A stretch of DNA of 64,000 nt from Halieaceae bacterium (GCA_036351355.1 JAZBOX010000140.1:366-64365), one strand, 5' to 3'; shown: positions 50,115 to 60,042, numbered from the stretch's first letter. The notes: generated by a model from the sequence alone, not told the origin. Made by a program: numbers and translations.

Positions 50115-50144
50115 TTAGCACTCTAAGACAACGAGTGCTAGAAT
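50115..50144 (+). promoter_or_regulatory. candidate rpoH promoter (TTAGCA-18-TGcTAGAAT) overlapped by an 8-bp perfect inverted repeat
   Basis: -35 at 50115-50120 and extended -10 at 50136-50144. The inverted repeat is TAGCACTC (50116-50123) and GAGTGCTA (50133-50140), separated by 9 nt. Confidence 0.4.
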
Positions 50145-50165
50145 CGGCTTCCGGAGGATGTATCA

Positions 50166-51083
50166 GTGCAGGAGCTTATGGCCGTAAACGCCGTTGCTGG
50201 GACCCGTGCCGCAGGCAGCATTGCCGCCGATCGCCAGCTTTCGCCCATCGACCAGATGGTCCCGGGCGCCAATCTCGCTGCCTATGTTCAGGCCGTGAGC
50301 GCCATTCCCATTCTTACTCCCGAGCGGGAGCAGGACCTTGCCGAGCGTCTGTTCTACCAAGAAGACGTGCAGGCGGCTCGCGAGCTGGTCATGTCCCACC
50401 TGCGCTTCGTCGTGCACATCGCCCGAAGCTACGGCGGCTACGGGCTGGCCGAGGCCGACCTCATCCAGGAGGGTAACGTCGGTCTGATGAAGGCGGTCAA
50501 GCGCTTCGATCCGACCAAGGGCGTGCGTCTCGTGTCCTTCGCCGTGCACTGGATCAAGGCCGAGATACACGAATTCATCCTGCGTAACTGGCGGATCGTG
50601 AAAGTCGCTACGACGAAGGCGCAGCGCAAGCTGTTCTTCAATCTACGCGGCGCCAAGAAAAACCTCGCCTGGCTGACCGCCGACGAGGCGCGCGCCGTCG
50701 CCGACGATCTCGGTGTCGATGTGCAGGAAGTCCACCGCATGGAAGGCCGTCTTTCGAGCCGCGACCTGGCCTTCGATGCGCCCGGCGATGCCGATGACGA
50801 CGAAGCCTGGCAGGCTCCGCAGCATTTCCTGGAGGACAGCTCGGCTGTAGACCCGGCCCAGAGCGTCGAGGACAGCCAGTGGCACGCCGAAAGCCAGGCG
50901 CGTCTTCACAGCGCCATCGCGGGCCTCGACGAGCGCAGCCGGGACATTCTGGCCCGCCGCTGGCTCACCGACGACAAGGCCACGCTGCACGAGCTCGCCG
51001 CGGAGTACGGCGTGTCCGCCGAGCGCATTCGCCAGCTCGAGGCGGCGGCGATGAAAAAGATCCGCGGTCAGCTTATCGCCTGA
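50166..51083 (+). CDS. rpoH: RNA polymerase sigma-32 factor
   Basis: ...[51 protein letters not shown]..., plus the RpoH box [12 protein letters not shown] 50166 has GGAGGA 7 nt upstream. Confidence 0.95.
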   Translation: MQELMAVNAVAGTRAAGSIAADRQLSPIDQMVPGANLAAYVQAVSAIPILTPEREQDLAERLFYQEDVQAARELVMSHLRFVVHIARSYGGYGLAEADLIQEGNVGLMKAVKRFDPTKGVRLVSFAVHWIKAEIHEFILRNWRIVKVATTKAQRKLFFNLRGAKKNLAWLTADEARAVADDLGVDVQEVHRMEGRLSSRDLAFDAPGDADDDEAWQAPQHFLEDSSAVDPAQSVEDSQWHAESQARLHSAIAGLDERSRDILARRWLTDDKATLHELAAEYGVSAERIRQLEAAAMKKIRGQLIA

Positions 51084-51128
51084 CCGCACTTCCGCTCGCG
51101 CTGCCCACCGCTCCGGTTCGGTCCCTTT

Positions 51129-51509
51129 GTGACCCAGCTGACCCTTAGCGCAGCCGCGCTCAGCGGTTTCCTCAGCGTCGCGCTGGGTGCCTTCGGCGCC
51201 CACGCCCTGCGCGGACGCCTCGATGACTACGCGCTCGGCGTCTTCGAAACCGCCGTTCAGTATCAGTTCTATCACAGCCTCGCCCTCCTCGGCGTCGGCA
51301 TTCTCATGCTGCAGCTGCCGGCTTCCGCGCTGTTGAAATCCAGCGCCTGGCTGTTTGCGGCGGGGATCCTCGTGTTCTCCGGCAGCCTGTATCTCCTCGC
51401 CTTCACGGGTCTGCGCTGGCTCGGTGCGATCACCCCGATCGGCGGGCTGGCTTTTCTCGGCGGCTGGCTGTGCCTCGCGGCCGTCTGCTGGACGCTCAGT
51501 ACGTCCTGA
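51129..51509 (+). CDS. DUF423 domain-containing membrane protein (YgdD-like)
   Basis: ...LGAFGAHAL...A..YQ.YH.LALL...LF.GSLY.L.... Confidence 0.8.
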   Translation: MTQLTLSAAALSGFLSVALGAFGAHALRGRLDDYALGVFETAVQYQFYHSLALLGVGILMLQLPASALLKSSAWLFAAGILVFSGSLYLLAFTGLRWLGAITPIGGLAFLGGWLCLAAVCWTLSTS

Positions 51510-51521
51510 CGGCGAGGCTGC

Positions 51522-52232
51522 GTGGTCGAAGATCAGCACGGAGCGCGCCGGCGCGTCAGGAGCTTTGTGCTGCGCGCCGGGCGGATGACGACGTCGCAGC
51601 AACGCGGCCTTGATCAGGGCTGGGAACGCTGGGGCGTGGACTGTCCCGCGCAGCGTGCTCCCATCGACCTCGATGCGCTCTTCGGCGGTCCCGGACCGCG
51701 CGTGCTCGAGATCGGCTTCGGCATGGGTCAGTCGCTGCTGGAGATGGCCGGCGCTGCGCCCGACCTGCAGTTCATCGGCGTCGAGGTGCATCGTCCGGGC
51801 GTCGGCAAGCTGCTGGCGGGAATGGAAGCCCGGAGCATCGATAACATCCGCGTTTTCTGCCACGACGCCGTGGAGGTGCTCGACAACGCGCTGGCGGAGA
51901 ACAGCCTCGAGCGTATCAACATCTACTTCCCCGATCCCTGGCACAAGAAGCGCCACCATAAGCGGCGCCTGATCCAGCCGGCTTTTGTCGATCTGCTTGC
52001 GAGCCGCCTGCGCAGCGCCACAGGGATTCTCCATCTGGCGACGGACTGGCAGCCTTATGCAGAGCATATGCTGGAGGTGATGGAAGCGAGTGCTCACTTC
52101 GAAAACTGCGCCGGCCCTGCTCAATACTCCCCAAGACCCGATGAGCGGCCGCGCACCAAGTTCGAGGCCCGCGGTGAGCGCCTCGGTCACGGGGTATGGG
52201 ACCTGCTCTACCGCCGGCGAGACACTGCTTAA
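51522..52232 (+). CDS. trmB: tRNA (guanine46-N7)-methyltransferase
   Basis: ...RVRSFVLRAGRMT..Q...LEIGFGMG....MA...P...FIG.EVH..GVG...I.FPDPWHKKRHHKRRL. Confidence 0.92.
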   Translation: MVEDQHGARRRVRSFVLRAGRMTTSQQRGLDQGWERWGVDCPAQRAPIDLDALFGGPGPRVLEIGFGMGQSLLEMAGAAPDLQFIGVEVHRPGVGKLLAGMEARSIDNIRVFCHDAVEVLDNALAENSLERINIYFPDPWHKKRHHKRRLIQPAFVDLLASRLRSATGILHLATDWQPYAEHMLEVMEASAHFENCAGPAQYSPRPDERPRTKFEARGERLGHGVWDLLYRRRDTA

Positions 52233-53428
52233 ACCGCCTGGGCTCCGGCGCTGCCGCGCTCGCTGGCGATGAGCTCGTCGTCGCCGAAGAACCGGCCGAC
52301 GAGGTCGTCGAGGTAGCAAAAGCCGCGCGCCGACGGGCGCAGGCGATCGCCTTCCTCAAGCATCAGGCCCGCGTCGATCAGCGCCCCGACTTCTTCAGCA
52401 ATGCGGCTGTACGGCAGGCCCGTGTGCGCTTCGAACAGCCCGCGCTCAAAGCCCGCGCTGAGACGCAGCGCCCCGAGCATGAACTCGCCGCACAGATCGG
52501 ACTCGGTCAGCGTGTGCAGGCCGCGTCGTTGCCCCCCGCCCCTGCCGAGATAGGCGTCGGGCTGTCGCGTCTTGCGGTAGCGCTGCACGCGCCCCTCGGG
52601 ATCGCTGAGCTTGCCATGGGCGCCGGCGCCGAGCGCCAGGTAGTCGCCGAAGCGCCAGTAGTTGAGATTGTGGCGACACTCCTGGCCGGGCACGGCCCAG
52701 GCCGAAACCTCGTAGCGGGAAAAGCCCGCATCGCGTAGCTGAGCGCTGCCGAGTTCCTCGATCTGTGCGAGTACTTCTTCCTTGGGCAGCGCTGGCGGTG
52801 CGGCGTAGAAGCGCGTGTTCTGCTCGATCGTGAGCTGATACCAGGAGATGTGCGTGACGCCGCTGGCCAGAGCCACCTCGAGGTCGCCTAGGCCGGCGCG
52901 CAGATCCTGGCCAGGCAGGCCGTGCATGAGGTCGATATTCACCCGCGACGCACCGGAGCCGAGCGCGGCGTCCACGGCGAGCCGCGCGTCGCGCGCATCG
53001 TGGACGCGCCCGAGCGCGCGCAGACAGGCATCGTCGAAGCTCTGCACCCCGAGAGAAAAGCGCGACACGCCAGCGTCGACATAGCCTGCGAGGCGCGCCC
53101 GCTCAGTGCTCCCGGGATTCGCCTCCATGGTGACCTCCACGCCCTCGGCGAGCGTGAGGCGGCTGCGAAGCGCTTCGATCAGGCGACCGATGGCCTCCAC
53201 GCTGAACAGGCTTGGCGTTCCTCCGCCGATGAACACGCTGATGATCGAGCGCTCGCGCAGCCACGGTGCGAGTGCGAGCTCCGCATCCAGATCGCCGATC
53301 AACGCATCGACGTAGGCCCTCTCGGGAATCGACACGCTTTCATGCGAATTGAAATCGCAGTAGGGGCACTTGCGCTCGCACCACGGCAAGTGCACGTAAA
53401 CCGACAGGGACGGTGCGGGCACCGGCAC
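52229..53428 (-). CDS. hemW: radical SAM family heme chaperone HemW
   Basis: ...LSVYVHLPWCERKCPYCDFNSH... (CxxxCxxC), followed by a HemN_C-like domain. Confidence 0.9.
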   Translation of the reverse strand: MPVPAPSLSVYVHLPWCERKCPYCDFNSHESVSIPERAYVDALIGDLDAELALAPWLRERSIISVFIGGGTPSLFSVEAIGRLIEALRSRLTLAEGVEVTMEANPGSTERARLAGYVDAGVSRFSLGVQSFDDACLRALGRVHDARDARLAVDAALGSGASRVNIDLMHGLPGQDLRAGLGDLEVALASGVTHISWYQLTIEQNTRFYAAPPALPKEEVLAQIEELGSAQLRDAGFSRYEVSAWAVPGQECRHNLNYWRFGDYLALGAGAHGKLSDPEGRVQRYRKTRQPDAYLGRGGGQRRGLHTLTESDLCGEFMLGALRLSAGFERGLFEAHTGLPYSRIAEEVGALIDAGLMLEEGDRLRPSARGFCYLDDLVGRFFGDDELIASERGSAGAQAV

Positions 53429-53442
53429 AGGATTTCCCCGAC

Positions 53443-54069
53443 TCAGGCGTCGGCGAGGCGGCGCAGCAGCGCCTGCGTGGCGAGGCCGCGGTGGCTGATC
53501 GCGTTCTTGACCTCCGCCTCCAGCTCGGCGGCGCTACAGCCGTATTCCGGCACGTTGAACAGAGGATCGTAGCCGAAGCCGCCGTGGCCTCGCTCGACCT
53601 CGAGAATCTCGCCGCGCCATACACCCTCGGCGATGATCGGTATTGGGTCCTCGGCATGCCGCAGGAGAACGAGCGCACAGTGAAAGGCCGCCTGTCGTTC
53701 GCCGGAGGGAACGCCGCGCAGGGCCTCAAGGAGCTGCTGCCGGTTGGCGGCGTCGCGGTCCTCCTCCGCAAAGGACACGCCCGCGTCGGCGGCGAAGCGC
53801 GCCGAGCGCACGCCTGGCGCGCCGCCAAGCGCGGTGACGGCGAGACCCGAGTCGTCGGCCAGCACCGCGAGGCCCGTCTGCGCCGAGGCAGCGCGGGCCT
53901 TGAGAATGGCGTTCTCGACAAAGCTCGGTGCCGTTTCCTCCGCCGGTAGCAGCTCGAATTCGTCCTGCCTTCGCAGCGTAAAGCTCCCCAGCAGGCGCTC
54001 AAACTCGGCAAACTTGCCGCGGTTTCCCGTGGCCACCAGGATCTCCTGCGGCGCCGTGCCCTCAGTCAT
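53443..54069 (-). CDS. rdgB: non-canonical purine NTP pyrophosphatase (RdgB/HAM1)
   Basis: ...ILVATGNRGKFAEF..LL...E.APSFVENA.LKAR...LADDSGL.V.AL.G.PGV.SAR...RG..GFGYDP.F.... Start placed at MTEGT (54069), 8-nt overlap with the upstream gene. Confidence 0.9.
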   Translation of the reverse strand: MTEGTAPQEILVATGNRGKFAEFERLLGSFTLRRQDEFELLPAEETAPSFVENAILKARAASAQTGLAVLADDSGLAVTALGGAPGVRSARFAADAGVSFAEEDRDAANRQQLLEALRGVPSGERQAAFHCALVLLRHAEDPIPIIAEGVWRGEILEVERGHGGFGYDPLFNVPEYGCSAAELEAEVKNAISHRGLATQALLRRLADA

Positions 54070-54532
54070 TGATGTACATCTGCCGCTTGAAGCTGAACTC
54101 GTAGCGCTGCTCGTCGCCGCTCGCGCCGAACTCGACATCGAAGAAGCGGTATTCGCGGTTGATGAACTTGAACTCGGCGATGTAATAAATGGCCGGTCCC
54201 TCGCGCACTTCAATAAAGTCCAGCGGAATGCGCTTCGCGGTCAGGTCGCGGGTGATTCCCTCGAGATCCATCGTGCGCGCCACGGTGCTCCCGTCGTCGA
54301 GATGCTCGCGCAGCGACAGGTTGATGATGGCCCGGCGCTCGCCGCGCGTGATGCCGTACTCGGCGGCCACCGCCGGCTCGATGAAAGTGGTATTCACGGT
54401 GCTGTAATGCAGCTCGTAAGGACCAAAGCGCTCGGACTGCTGCGCCTGCGCCGTGGTGGCGAGCAGCAGTAGCGTCGCCGTGGCAAGGCGCTGCAGGCCT
54501 TTGCGCAGCGACAGAGGCGGGTATCGAAGCAT
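54062..54532 (-). CDS. DUF4426 domain-containing exported protein
   Basis: Signal peptide (...ATATLLLLATTAQAQQ), then ...FGPYELHYSTVNTTFI.P.VA..YGI.RG..RAI.N.S.R.... Same position as the DUF4426 gene between metW and rdgB in Pseudomonas. Confidence 0.78.
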   Translation of the reverse strand: MLRYPPLSLRKGLQRLATATLLLLATTAQAQQSERFGPYELHYSTVNTTFIEPAVAAEYGITRGERRAIINLSLREHLDDGSTVARTMDLEGITRDLTAKRIPLDFIEVREGPAIYYIAEFKFINREYRFFDVEFGASGDEQRYEFSFKRQMYIND

Positions 54533-54537
54533 GGGAT

Positions 54538-55128
54538 TCACCGGCTGATGTGGTAGATGGCGGTGGTCGCGAACAGGTTGGGCCAGCGCCGGGCGAGAAA
54601 ACCCGCGCCGCTGCCGGCGCCGATCATCTCGCGACCGAGGATACGTATGCCGCGGTGTCGGCACAGGGTTTCGAAGTCGCGCACGGTGCAGAAGTGAATG
54701 TTCGGCGTGTCATACCAGGTATACGGCATGAAGCGCGAAACGGGCATTCGTCCCCGCGACAGAAGGTGAACACGACAGCGCCACTGGCCGAAGTTTGGAA
54801 AGGTGACCACGCACTCGCGTCCAACGCGCAGCATCTCCTCGAGAACCCGGTCGGGGAAGTGCACGGCCTGCAGCGCATGGGCCATCACAACCACGTCGAA
54901 ACTATGGTCGGGGAAATTGGCCAGGCCGCCGTCGAGATCCTGCTCGACGATGTCGAGACCGCGGCGCAGCGCCTCGGTGATGGCGTCGGCATCGATCTCG
55001 ATACCCAGCACGCGCGCCCGGCGCTGATCGCGCAGCAGCGCAAGGAACTCGCCGTCGCCGCAGCCGAGGTCGAGCACGCGGGCCTCTGGCCTGATCCAGC
55101 GCAGGATGTGCGTGAGGTCCTGGCGCAT
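54538..55128 (-). CDS. metW: methionine biosynthesis protein MetW
   Basis: [30 protein letters not shown]...FPNFG.W..R..L...GRMPV...LPY.WYDTPNIHFCT..DFE.LC. ATGA overlap with metX. Confidence 0.92.
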   Translation of the reverse strand: MRQDLTHILRWIRPEARVLDLGCGDGEFLALLRDQRRARVLGIEIDADAITEALRRGLDIVEQDLDGGLANFPDHSFDVVVMAHALQAVHFPDRVLEEMLRVGRECVVTFPNFGQWRCRVHLLSRGRMPVSRFMPYTWYDTPNIHFCTVRDFETLCRHRGIRILGREMIGAGSGAGFLARRWPNLFATTAIYHISR

Positions 55129-56246
55129 CAGGTAGCCACGCGGTTCAGGTAGGCGGTGAGCACGTCGAGATAGCGCGGCACGGGCAGGAGGAAGGCGTCG
55201 TGGCCCTCTGCCGCGTCGATCTCGGCGTAGCTGACGGGGCGCTCGGCCGCGAGCAGGCCGTCGACAATCTCGCGCGAGCGAGCCGGCGAAAAGCGCCAGT
55301 CCGTCGAGAAGGACAGGACCAGAAAGGCGCAACGCGAGCGCTGAAAAGCCGCCCGGGCGTCGCCCCCATCGTCGGCGGCCAGGTCAAAAAGGTCGAGGGC
55401 GCGCGTCATCAGGATGTAGCTATTGGCGTCGAAGACGCTGGAAAACTGCTTTCCCTGGTAGCGCAGATAGCTTTCGATCTGGAACTCGCCGTTGCCGTCT
55501 GCGTCTCCCGTGTCCTGAAGCTCGCGTCCGAAGCGCGTCGCCATGGCGTCGTCGGAGAGGTAGGTCACGTGGCCGACCATTCGCGCCAGCGCCAGACCCT
55601 GGGCCGGGCGCACGCCTTCGCGAAGGTAGTGGCCATCGGCGAAGTGCGGGTCGGACATGATCGCGCGGCGCGCGATCTCGTTGAAGGCGATGTTCTGTGC
55701 GCTGAGCTTCAGCGCCGCTGCAATCACCACGCAGTGGCGCAGGCGATCGGGATAGCGCAGCGACCAGCACATGGCCTGCATGCCGCCGAGGCTGCCGCCG
55801 ATGACCGCGGCCCAGCACTCGATGCCGAGATGGTCAGCGAGCCTGGCCTGGGCGTCGACCCAGTCCTCCACGCGCGGCTGGGGAAAGTCGGGTCCCCAGG
55901 GCTGGCCCGTGCCGGGATCGATGCTGGCGGGCCCCGTCGAGCCGTGGCAGCCGCCGATGTTGTTCAGACTGACGACAAAGAAGCGCCGCGTATCGATGGG
56001 CTTGCCCGGTCCGATACAGGCATCCCACCAGCCCGGTTTGCGCTCGTCGGGGCTGTGCCGGCCCGCGGCGTGGTGATGACCGGACAGCGCATGGCAGATG
56101 AGCACGGCGTTGCTCGCCGTGGCATTGAGCTCGCCGTAGGTCTCGTAGATCAGCTCCCAGTCGGGCAGCAGGCCGCCGCCGGCGAGCTCGAAGGGCTCGC
56201 CGAAGCGGACGGTCTCGGGGCTGACGATGCCCACCGATGTGTCCAT
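55128..56246 (-). CDS. metX: homoserine O-acyltransferase MetX (acetyl/succinyl specificity not assignable from sequence by eye)
   Basis: ...[17 protein letters not shown]...GWWD..IGPGK.IDT.RFFVV..N..G.C.GSTGP......GGSLGGMQA.... Start placed at MDTSVG (56246). Confidence 0.93.
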   Translation of the reverse strand: MDTSVGIVSPETVRFGEPFELAGGGLLPDWELIYETYGELNATASNAVLICHALSGHHHAAGRHSPDERKPGWWDACIGPGKPIDTRRFFVVSLNNIGGCHGSTGPASIDPGTGQPWGPDFPQPRVEDWVDAQARLADHLGIECWAAVIGGSLGGMQAMCWSLRYPDRLRHCVVIAAALKLSAQNIAFNEIARRAIMSDPHFADGHYLREGVRPAQGLALARMVGHVTYLSDDAMATRFGRELQDTGDADGNGEFQIESYLRYQGKQFSSVFDANSYILMTRALDLFDLAADDGGDARAAFQRSRCAFLVLSFSTDWRFSPARSREIVDGLLAAERPVSYAEIDAAEGHDAFLLPVPRYLDVLTAYLNRVAT

Positions 56247-56277
56247 GGCGTAGTGACGGCCCGCAGCCGGGTCGAGG

Positions 56278-56865
56278 TCAGATCCCCATGACCAGCGATG
56301 GGTGCAGGCCGAGGCCGGCGGCGAAGCTGCGCAGGGCAATCTGGATCACGTTGATGACGATGAACAGCAGGATCGGTGAGAAGTCGATGCCGCCCATGGC
56401 CGGAAGCATGCGCCGGAAGGGTGCCATGACCGGCTCGGTGATCTGGTACATGAGGTAGGCCGCGGGATTGGCCGTACCGGGAGCGATCCAGCTCAGGATG
56501 ATCATGCCGAGCAGGGCGAAGAAGTAGATCTTGACCAGCAGGCCGATGACCGCCACCACGGACCAGGCGACCAGCAGGCTCGGCCCCGGCAGCGAAAAGC
56601 CGTTCATCGCGAGGATGGCGATGATGCCGATGAGCTGAATGACGATCGCCAGCACCAGCGAGGCGAAGTCGATGCGACCGCGCGCGGGCAGAATGCGACG
56701 CAGCGGCAGCACCAGCGGATTCGTGGCGCGTACGAGGAACTGGCATATCGGGTTGTAGAAGTCAGCCAGCACCAGCTGCAGGATGAAGCGCATCAGCATG
56801 ATCAGCAGGTAGATTCCGATGGCGGTCTGCAGCAGGTACAGCGAGATCTCATTCAGTGCGTTCAT
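56278..56865 (-). CDS. yggT: YggT family membrane protein
   Basis: Two YGGT repeats (...L.MLMRFILQ......NP..QF....TNP...P.RR..P...G.D.S...). Confidence 0.88.
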   Translation of the reverse strand: MNALNEISLYLLQTAIGIYLLIMLMRFILQLVLADFYNPICQFLVRATNPLVLPLRRILPARGRIDFASLVLAIVIQLIGIIAILAMNGFSLPGPSLLVAWSVVAVIGLLVKIYFFALLGMIILSWIAPGTANPAAYLMYQITEPVMAPFRRMLPAMGGIDFSPILLFIVINVIQIALRSFAAGLGLHPSLVMGI

Positions 56866-57006
56866 GGCTTCCGTTCAGTGAGATATTCAGGGGGTGAGCG
56901 GGGTGCTGCGACGCCCGCACGGCGGCGCCGCAGTATACATGCACGGTCGGCGGAGGGTCCGGCCACGGCGTCGCCGCGGCGGCGCTCCAGCGCCCTGCCC
57001 TGCCGC

Positions 57007-57705
57007 TCAAGGCGCCCGGCTGCGCGGTCCGAAGATCGCGGTTCCGATGCGCAGCAAGGTGCTGCCCGAGGCGACGGCAGCCTCGAGATCCGAAGACATG
57101 CCCATGGACAGCGTGTCCATCGACGGATAGCGCGCCCGCGCCTCGCGGAAGAGCCGGGCGAGGGCGTCGAGCGGTTCGCGCTGCGCGTAGAAGTCGGCGG
57201 CCGGTGCCGGTATCGCCATCAGGCCGCGCAGGCGCAGGCGCGGTAGCTCATCGGTCAGGGCGAGCAGTTCCTCCAGCTCGCCGGGCGCTACGCCGGCCTT
57301 GCTCGCCTCCCGGGAGATGTTCACCTGCACGCAGATATTCAGCGCGTCGAGCTCATCGGGGCGCTGGTCGTTGAGACGGCGCAGGAGCTTGCCGCGGTCG
57401 ACGCTGTGTACCCAGGAAAAGTGAGCGGCGACGGCGCGGGTCTTGTTCGACTGCAGCGGGCCAATGAAATGCCAGCACAGCTTGAGATCGGCGCAGGCCG
57501 GGATCTTGCTTTCGGCCTCCTGGAGGTAATTCTCACCGAACTCGCTCAGACCACAGGCCGCGGCGCGGCGGACCGCTTCCGCGCTCTGCGTCTTGCTCAC
57601 GGCGAGGACGCGAATTTCTTCGCGCGGGCGCTGGCAGCGGTCGGCAGCGATGCTTACCTGCTCCAGCACCTTTGCTATATTGGCTTCGATGGGTGTTTCG
57701 CTCAT
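57007..57705 (-). CDS. yggS: PLP-homeostasis protein YggS (alanine racemase N-terminal fold)
   Basis: ...VLAVSKTQSAEAVRRA...G...FGENY.QE...K.......WHFIG.LQSNK......SMGMS.D...A...GST.LRIGTAIFG.R. Confidence 0.92.
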   Translation of the reverse strand: MSETPIEANIAKVLEQVSIAADRCQRPREEIRVLAVSKTQSAEAVRRAAACGLSEFGENYLQEAESKIPACADLKLCWHFIGPLQSNKTRAVAAHFSWVHSVDRGKLLRRLNDQRPDELDALNICVQVNISREASKAGVAPGELEELLALTDELPRLRLRGLMAIPAPAADFYAQREPLDALARLFREARARYPSMDTLSMGMSSDLEAAVASGSTLLRIGTAIFGPRSRAP

Positions 57706-57782
57706 GCGCCAATGATAATCGAGCCCGTCACGGGCCGGCGGCCTGGGGGCTGAACAAGGGTCCGGGGTTTAAAAAAACCGGC

Positions 57783-57822
57783 CCAGAAAAAACGGTCCAG
57801 AAAAAACGGTCCAGAGAACAAC
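57783..57822 (+). repeat. 14-bp A-tract direct repeat (CCAGAAAAAACGGT x2 plus a partial third) 18-57 nt upstream of the pilT ATG
   Basis: Copies lie at 57783-57796 and 57797-57810, with a partial copy at 57811-57822. AAAAAAA also occurs at 57771-57777. Confidence 0.85.
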
Positions 57823-57839
57823 AAGGGGCAAGGTCTCGA

Positions 57840-58874
57840 ATGGATATCACGGAACTGCTCGCGTTCAGCGCCAAACAGGGCGCCTCGGACCTTCACCTCT
57901 CGGCGGGCCTGCCGCCCATGATCCGCGTCGATGGCGACGTTCGTCGCATCAATCTGCCCCCGCTTGAGCACAAGCAGGTGCACGATCTGATCTACGACAT
58001 CATGAACGACAGGCAACGCAAGGACTTCGAGGAATTCCTCGAAACCGACTTCTCCTTCGAGGTCCCCGGCGTGGCCCGCTTCCGCGTCAACGCCTTCAAC
58101 CAGAACCGCGGTGCCGGCGGCGTGTTCCGCACGATTCCCTCGAAAGTCCTCAGCATGGAGGACCTAGGCATGGGCCAGGTCTTCCGCGATATCAGCATGA
58201 TGCCGCGTGGACTCGTGCTGGTCACCGGGCCGACGGGCTCGGGCAAGTCAACGACGCTCGCGGCGATGATCGACTTTATCAACGACAATCGCTACCACCA
58301 CATCCTCACCATCGAGGACCCCATCGAATTCGTTCACGAGAGCCGCAAGTGCCTGGTGAACCAGCGCGAGGTACACCGCGATACGCTCGGCTTCGCCGAG
58401 GCCCTGCGCAGTGCGCTGCGCGAGGACCCCGACATCATTCTCGTCGGCGAGATGCGCGATCTCGAGACCATCCGTCTCGCCCTGACCGCCTCGGAGACGG
58501 GCCACCTCGTGTTCGGAACGCTGCACACGACCTCGGCGGCGAAAACCATCGACCGCATCATCGACGTGTTTCCCGCGGCCGAAAAGTCGATGGTGCGCTC
58601 CATGCTCTCCGAGTCGCTGCAGGCGGTGGTGTCGCAGACGCTGCTCAAGCGCAACTCCGGCGGGCGCGTCGCGGCGCACGAGATCATGCGCGCGACCTCG
58701 GCGATCCGTAACCTGATCCGCGAGGACAAGGTGGCGCAGATGTACTCGGCGATCCAGACCGGCCAGGCCGTCGGCATGCAGACCATGGACCAGTGCCTCA
58801 AGGATCTCGTCGACAAGCGCGTGATCAGCCGTGATGCGGCGAAGGAAAAAGCGCGTATGCCGGAGAATTTCTGA
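57840..58874 (+). CDS. pilT: type IV pilus retraction ATPase PilT
   Basis: MDITELLAFSAKQGASDLHLSAGLPPMIRVDGDVRRI..., GPTGSGKSTT, and the AHEIM...IRNLIRE motif. Start placed at ATG 57840. Confidence 0.95.
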   Translation: MDITELLAFSAKQGASDLHLSAGLPPMIRVDGDVRRINLPPLEHKQVHDLIYDIMNDRQRKDFEEFLETDFSFEVPGVARFRVNAFNQNRGAGGVFRTIPSKVLSMEDLGMGQVFRDISMMPRGLVLVTGPTGSGKSTTLAAMIDFINDNRYHHILTIEDPIEFVHESRKCLVNQREVHRDTLGFAEALRSALREDPDIILVGEMRDLETIRLALTASETGHLVFGTLHTTSAAKTIDRIIDVFPAAEKSMVRSMLSESLQAVVSQTLLKRNSGGRVAAHEIMRATSAIRNLIREDKVAQMYSAIQTGQAVGMQTMDQCLKDLVDKRVISRDAAKEKARMPENF

Positions 58875-58929
58875 GCGACCGCAGGCTGGGCGCGCGCGTA
58901 TTGCCGCAAAGGGAAGGAGCACGGCGCTG

Positions 58930-60042
58930 ATGAACATAGAGGATCTGCAGGCTGCGATGGTGGCCGAAGAGGCTTCGGACGGCTTCATTACGGCGCGCGC
59001 GGCGCCCTCCATCAAGGTCGACGGTGCGATCCGCGCCATCGGCAAGCAGGCGCTGAGCGATGACGAGGCGCGAAGCCTCGTACTCGACACCATGAGTCCC
59101 ACGCAGCAGACCGAGTTCCTGCGTTTTCAGGAGTGCAATTACGCGATCGCGTCGGAGCGGCACGGGCGTTTTCGCGCCAGCGCCTTCATGCAGCGCGGCG
59201 CCGCGGGCCTGGTCCTGCGCCGGATCAAGAGCGAGATTCCCCGCGTCGAGGAGCTGGGCCTGCCGCCCATCGTTACCGATCTGGCCATGGCTCGTCGCGG
59301 GCTGGTGATCTTCGTCGGTGGTACGGGCACGGGAAAATCTACTTCGCTCGCGGCGATGGTCGGTCACCGCAATCGCAACAGCCGCGGGCATATCCTTTCC
59401 ATCGAGGACCCCATCGAATTCGTGCACGACCACGCCGGCTGCCTGATCACGCAGCGCGAGGTCGGCCTCGACACCGAGTCCTTCGAGGTCGGCCTGCAGA
59501 ACGCACTGCGCCAGGCGCCCGACGTGATCCTCATCGGCGAAGTGCGCTCTGCGGAAACGATGGCCCACGCGCTCACCTTCGCCGAAACCGGACACCTCTG
59601 CCTGTGCACGCTGCATGCGAACAACGCCAACCAGGCCATCGATCGCATACTCAGCTTCTTCCCGTCGATCCGGCACTCGCAGGTGCTGATGGATCTGTCG
59701 CTCAACCTGCGCGCAATGATCGCCCAGCAGCTGCTGCCGCACGCCAGCGGCGAGGGCCGCGTACCGGTGATGGAGGTGCTGCTCAACTCGCCCCTGATCT
59801 CCGATCAGATCCGCAACGGCGAGATTCACCTGATCAAGGAAGTGATGTCGCGTTCGACGGAGCAGGGTATGCAGACTCTCGACCAGTCGCTGCTCGCCGC
59901 TTACAAGGCCGACCAGATCACGTCCGAGGAGGCGATCCGCTGCGCCGATTCGGCCAACGAGGTGCGCCTCGGCATCAAGATGTTCGACAAGAAGCGCCAC
60001 GGCGGCCGGAACGTCGATCTGCAGGTGGATCTGAGCCGCTAG
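58930..60042 (+). CDS. pilU: type IV pilus ATPase PilU
   Basis: ...ASDGFITARAAPSIKVDG....GGTGTGKSTSLAAM...IEDPIEF.H....TQREVG.DT.S....L.NALRQAPDVILIGE.R. Directly downstream of pilT. Confidence 0.92.
   Translation: MNIEDLQAAMVAEEASDGFITARAAPSIKVDGAIRAIGKQALSDDEARSLVLDTMSPTQQTEFLRFQECNYAIASERHGRFRASAFMQRGAAGLVLRRIKSEIPRVEELGLPPIVTDLAMARRGLVIFVGGTGTGKSTSLAAMVGHRNRNSRGHILSIEDPIEFVHDHAGCLITQREVGLDTESFEVGLQNALRQAPDVILIGEVRSAETMAHALTFAETGHLCLCTLHANNANQAIDRILSFFPSIRHSQVLMDLSLNLRAMIAQQLLPHASGEGRVPVMEVLLNSPLISDQIRNGEIHLIKEVMSRSTEQGMQTLDQSLLAAYKADQITSEEAIRCADSANEVRLGIKMFDKKRHGGRNVDLQVDLSR

Noticed and set aside
50643-52319. 558-aa minus-strand ORF
   Set aside because: It is antisense to rpoH, the DUF423 gene and trmB, all of which have strong homology signatures. 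It has no motifs and junk-like composition.
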